Below, piece by piece: positions 58,457 through 64,000 of a DNA stretch of 64,000 bases (within the stretch, counting starts at the first letter, position 1; each line of letters starts with the position of its first letter). This DNA is from Saccostrea cucullata. Taxonomy: Eukaryota. The notes below the pieces were generated by a model that saw nothing but the letters and a program-made list of their open reading frames with translations, did no database searches and was not told the DNA's origin. The stretch spans positions 372,001 to 436,000 of the forward strand of contig NW_026938566.1 of NCBI RefSeq assembly GCF_032062105.1, given 5' to 3'. The position numbers and the translations under genes are program-made.

Positions 58457-59017
58457 TAAGATTTATTATCTCTGCAACGCCTTTCAAATTTTGCGCGAAC
58501 TTGACATTTTTTTTCCCGGAAGTAAAATTCCGAACTAAAAAGGGTTCATAGTGGTTTAGTTACCTAGACATTTTCTCCCACTCCACTTAGCCATTGTTTT
58601 CTTCTATTCCATGTTGTCATTTAATACTAATCTGAAGAAACATACTACAATGAGACATTTTAACAATCTAACAATGTTAAGCCTACATTCTTTTTACCTA
58701 GAAAAGGATTTCAAAATCAAATTTGATATCTTCGAACGTAAAGGCTCTGCAGAAAAGTTATCATAAGTAGGGTTGTCTTGTGAATTTTCATAGGTATATA
58801 TTTTATGTTTTGTAATTTTTTTGTCAGTCAGGTATTACAACTTATGGCCATTAACTGCATCTACCAAACTCTTGTCAAATGTCACGGGAAGGACCGAATG
58901 AGTATAGAACTGAATCGTCTACGTTACTAAATATATCGGAAGTCCTCCGACTTGTTCCATGCTTTGTAAACGTAAACATGACTGACGTGGGATGAAGATT
59001 AAAGTTACAATCATACA
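58457..59017. promoter_or_regulatory. Probable bidirectional promoter for XRCC3 and RAB3GAP2
   Basis: Divergent ATGs ~560 bp apart; TTCGCGC-N4-TTTGAA (minus, 58483-58499), CCGGAAGT (58516-58523), CGGAAGT (~58937), TGACGTGG (58983-58990). Confidence 0.65.
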
Positions 59018-62000
59018 ATGTCCTGTCAGTTGAATATATTCGCTGATTTTTACGATATAAATGGAGTTAAGAACTTTCTCTTCCCGGAACTTAAGTCTGA
59101 ACTAAGAGATGCTGAAGAAAATTCAGGTAAAAGCTACTCAAAATTCAAAAATTCAAAGCTTTCCATGATAAATCACAGCATGTCAAACAGTTATATTTGT
59201 CATCACTTACAATTAAGCAAGAAAATAGTTTAAATTAGTGAAATTCACTTATTGGTAATTCTTTGTACAGATAATGAGAACTGGGATGAGGATTGGGGGT
59301 CGTGGGAAGAGCAGGGAGATGAAGCAATCCCAGAGAGGAGGGAGGCCCCAGAATCAGACGACAAACTCCAATGGCTGCAGGAATGTGTATTCTCACTCTC
59401 CCCAGCAAATGATATTATGGCAATAGCTTATGATGACAAATGTGTCTTATTGTCACGTATGTACTAGCTGTTAGTACGCAAAGTGTAATTTGAATGCACT
59501 GCAGTCTGATAACTTGTTGCTGAAAATTATTTTGTACTTGTTTTGTACTTGTATCTTGAATTATACTGATGTATAAACATGATTATCCTGCAATCACAGC
59601 TTGCATTGACCAAATGAAAGCAGCCTGGAAAACGAAAGTTGTATAGCCTTTTGCATTTTGATGTCTTTAAAAGCATTGTAACATATTTTATGTTGCATTG
59701 TTTACGCTATAGTGTCTATAGGCGCTCCCCATGTGAATCTTTAAATGACAAAATATAAGTATATATAGGTCTACCCCCTCTATATTTTATAAAATAGAGT
59801 TGGTAGACCTACATACATATTGAAGATCTAACTTGTTACATGGGGAAGAATTTGATAGTGTCATGATAGTTTAAACTGAAGAAAAATGTCTTAATTTCTT
59901 GATAAAAGCTAATTTCCATGAGATCAATGTTAAACTATATTGCTGAATAATTAAACAAATTACAGGATAAATGTTTTTGAAATTTAATTATGAAGTGATA
60001 TTTTAATAAGATACCCTTACCCAGATTTAACTTTTTTATATATATTTTAAAAAAATAATAATTTAAGATGCAAAATACAATATATTTATATACTGTAATT
60101 GTATATATTTGATGTTATAGAGAAATTTAATAATGGAAGGAGTAATTCTGGCATGGATACAAAATTCAAGACTGTATGGGAAGGTAGCTTACGACAAGAA
60201 GAAGGGTGAGTTTAACTGGGTAGCTTAAAAGTGGCTTCTATTAAAAAAATTTAAATTATATGCAGTGACTAATATTGTTTTGTATAATATATTGATATCT
60301 ATATCCTTTTCTTTTTATATATTCTGTAGATATATATATAGTCTTTTACTTGCAAAGAGTTCCTTACATGCATCAAATTATTTTTTAAAAAATACTACAA
60401 GTCCATAAAAAAGATTAAGATACATTTTTCAGAATTTTGTTTATCTTTCTTGATTTGTAGAGAAAAGATTATGGCATTGATGTGTCTTCCATTGGCTTCA
60501 CAGAAAAGGTACAGCACCTGATTAGCATACATGTTAACCTACTGTGATGAAAAAGAGGGAATTCAGACCTCAAAAGCGGTAGCATTGTGCGCGTGTTGTT
60601 TAACGCTTGGATTATCGATATCTTTCATGTAATATACATGTATATTATAAGCCTTAAATGAAATCAGGTACCTACACTAATTAATCTTAAATATCAACAG
60701 CAAAGAAGAAGACAGAAACACCTTAAGTTTGACATAAATTGTACAAATTCAAATATTTTTCATGCTCATCATTTTGCTTGGATTGGCTGCTTTACTTAGC
60801 CTTTTGAAGTGTGATCTTTGCTGAAATAGCCTAGAAGCAATAATTCTGAATGTTCATACAGTTTTTAAACAAAACAAATGATGGCGTGGTTTAATCTAGA
60901 TCTAAAACAAGTTCGTATCTTTCGTTATATAAATTAGATTTCCGCGATGATCGAAAACGAAAGTAGAGATGTGCCACATGGCTTGGTCAATCGAGTGATT
61001 TCTATTGACTTTATTGATAAAGTTGTGAGCTTCTGCTTTTAAAGACGATGTCAAATGTTTTCATCTAATTCTTAAAAGCTGTATCTCCTTTTTCATGGCA
61101 GGGATGTTGATAAATTTATCGTAACTAATGTAATCACTGGTAGTCTTATGTTGTTGTCGTTGTCAAATCCGTGCTTGAAATCTATGTAAAAAAAGCGTTT
61201 GTAAAATCAAATTATCTAGCGAGATTTTATGAGAGTGGCTTAAAAATGGATACCCAAGCGAAAAAAATACATTAGACGCAGCTTTTGTAGAAAAGCGGTA
61301 GATTTCTGAATTAAATCGGTAGGCGGGAGATGGAGTGAAAAAGCGGTAGACTCCCGCCTAAATCGGGAGAGTTAACATGTATGTGATTAGTTTATCTTAA
61401 TAAAAGAAAAGAAAAGCATTTTGATGACAATTAAGACACTAGCAATTTAAATCTTAATCTTAAAACAATGTAAAATTAATTATTATAAAAGGAAGTTTTA
61501 CTGTAAATCTATTTAGCCGAAAAAAAAGAACATGGCAATTGTGCATTAAATGCTTTGATATTTCAGGAGTATGCAGGGTGGCCCAGACTGGACATGTGTC
61601 ATTGTTGGCTTTTCTTCTGGTTACATCAGATTTTACACTGAAGTTAGTAAGGTTTTGAACTGTAACTTAAGAAAAAAACCTTTCTGTCTGTGTAAATGAT
61701 GAAAAAAAATTAATTACAATGAATCAAAATTAGATTTACCTATAATAAATCATTTCATAAGTTATGTCACTCTGACCACACATGGGATATATGATTTTTT
61801 TTTTTTTACATCCAGACAGGGACTTTGTTGCTGTCACAGTTATTACAAAGTGAACCAGTTCAAAGGTTAAAGTGTAGAACTTATGAACCACCACGTTACC
61901 TTGGTGATACAGAACAGGTATATTTGCCTTGGACAACTCAAGAACAAGAACAACTAATTTTATGGCCAAAATACATATATTTGATTGTTTCTTAAACAAT

Positions 62001-64000
62001 TCTGGATTACATGTGCAGTACTAGATTCCAAATTTATTCTTTGATGCTGTTAAAAATTTGCACTTTTGACAAAAAATTTTTTTGAAATTGGTCAATATTT
62101 GCTGATGGTACCTAATTGTTTTATTAAATAGTATTTAATACTGGATTATATTTGATACATGAGAAATATTATTTTTTTAGCACGAAGAGTTGCTCATTCT
62201 TTTCAAGAGAGCTGTGGTTACCATTGATGGGTTCAGCTTATTTCAGTCCCTGCGAGCCTGTAGAAACCAAGTGGCAAGAGGTCAGAAATACATGTAGTGC
62301 TTCATGTTATTCTAGTTTGAATAAGCAATATGACAGCAACTTCAAAAATCTTTTAGATTCTTTCCCTTTATACATGTATTCACAAGTGAACAATCAGCTA
62401 TTCTTGTTTGAAAAAAAAAATGAAATGCTGGATAGTTTGAAATTAATGTCGATCGATGTTGTTTATCCATATTATTTGACCCAATTTTATTCGTTTTATT
62501 TATTTATACATTTGACCTGATTACACGACCTGATTACATGACCTGATTACAGCTACCGCCAGCGGGTCTGAGCCAGTGTTACAAGCTCCACCATTAGCAT
62601 ACAAAAAGTGGGCATTACAGGATCAGGAGAAAATACTGGATTTATGTAGTTGTGGTGAGTTTTAAGGCTGTATTTACTGAAATAACGGACGAAAGGGAAA
62701 AAAAACACCTTTATTCTATGGTAATTCTATGATATTCACTACTTATTCACTTTTCGCTTAATTTCAGGAATTTTAAATTTTATGATGTACGTGTAATCAA
62801 TAATTGAATGTTTGAGAAGAAAATGCCAACTGTTTATTATGATCATATTTCATATTTATTTAAAGGGGCAGCAATTGTGTAGCTTTTGATTGAAATATTT
62901 ATGTATTAATGTTTATCTTTTTTATTCATATAGGTGTAAATACACCGAATCCATTTGACCAAATAAGGACAGCAGCCATGATAGGGGGGCCCACTGCTAG
63001 CATTCGACCCACCCCACCAGCTGCGGGGCTCTTTATTTCCTCAGGAGTGGGGCCGTATGTGGGATTCTTTTATGCTGTTGAGGTAGGTGAACTGCACACA
63101 TATTTCTTTAAAAAAATTTTAACCAATACATAAGACTGCCACAGTGAAATTTTACAGCTATTGTAGAAAGATTCTTTGCCTTTAATATGCAATTTGATAT
63201 TTATTAGGGCAGCACACAGCCAATATTGTCAGATGTTGCATATGCAGTTGCACATAAACTTAAGTCGGCCATTATGTCTGCTGCGAGGTAGGTTTTTACA
63301 TATTTTCCAAGTACAATGTAAATCTGTTAAAGAGAAGCTTGTCACTTACTTATTGTGTCAGTTCTGCCATATTTTTAACTCTACCTCTTCTAATGGCTGA
63401 TAATTCATTTGCACACATAAATCATGTCAAACCCTTCCTTCAGTACAGTATAATTAGCTTATCACATATATTTACCCATATCTCAAATGATTTTTTTATA
63501 TTAAAGTGGATGGTTAGGATTTGGAAGCAAGAACAAAGAAGAAGAGAAACAGAGACCAAAAATTGAGCCTTCCACCCCACTACCTCATAGGTAAGTGGTA
63601 GTCATAAGATAAGTTCTCTTTCATTATCCTATGTTTTCCCCTTTATCCCTTGAATATCACTCATTGGCTATTATTTTGATATCCCACAGTTGTGATGTCA
63701 CATTGGATTTTGCCAAGGTTTGGTGATAAAAAATACAACTCGTTGGAGAAAAAAATCATATCTCACCACAAATCATGGGAGATCCTATATATATTTTCAC
63801 ATCTGCATCAAACTTTTTCAAAAAACAGTAGCAAGGAACCTCTTCTTATTCAGTGGCATTAAGTCTTTCATCATCTGTGTGAATTTCTTGTGTACAGATT
63901 TGGATTGCCAGACAAGAGAAGACAGGGAGATAATATTTACCTGTCCCCGAACAATAACTACGTCGCCACGACAGACAGCTTCGGTCGAGTCATCCTGGTG
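59018..64000 (+). CDS. RAB3GAP2: Rab3 GTPase-activating protein non-catalytic subunit (3'-partial)
   Basis: Phase-consistent exons: 59018-59126, 59271-59456 ([11 protein letters not shown]), 60121-60205, 60461-60508 (CLPLASQKR), 61567-61642 ([20 protein letters not shown]), 61816-61917, 62181-62280 ([19 protein letters not shown]), 62553-62654 (PPLAYKKW), 62934-63082, 63208-63287, 63507-63590, 63898-end (FGLPDKRR...[10 protein letters not shown]). Confidence 0.95.
60526..61383. mobile_element. Non-autonomous TIR DNA transposon, 7-bp TSD
   Basis: Perfect 13-bp TIR CATACATGTTAAC; TGATTAG duplicated at 60519-60525 and 61384-61390. Confidence 0.87.

Overview
AT-rich, intron-rich animal DNA, probably an oyster-type bivalve (inferred from the repeat families, not proven). 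Exons were assembled by hand from GT-AG junctions. Six genes are present: (1) the 3' part of the MARK/PAR-1 kinase (+, 7-18700); (2) a hidden 5-exon, 108-aa coiled-coil gene that the ORF track misses (-, 24176-28713); (3) an orphan rhodopsin-family GPCR with an intronless CDS (-); (4) complete SRBD1 (+, 18 exons); (5) complete XRCC3 (-, 7 exons); (6) the 5' part of RAB3GAP2 (+). Introns and intergenic DNA carry Helentron-type elements with a ~166-bp satellite, a decayed mariner, several TIR elements with 4-7 bp target duplications, and LINE/SINE fragments. The most notable observations are: a duplicated, frame-incompatible exon pair in MARK (CD-motif/UBA linker) surrounded by three long intronic hairpins, a candidate RNA-structure-controlled mutually exclusive splicing switch; a ~50-copy tandem amplification of an SRBD1 5' splice site; a minimal type I hammerhead ribozyme in SRBD1 intron 1; an E2F-4nt-CHR element at XRCC3; and apparent deep microsynteny of MARK with XRCC3 and RAB3GAP2. 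No searches or folding programs were run.
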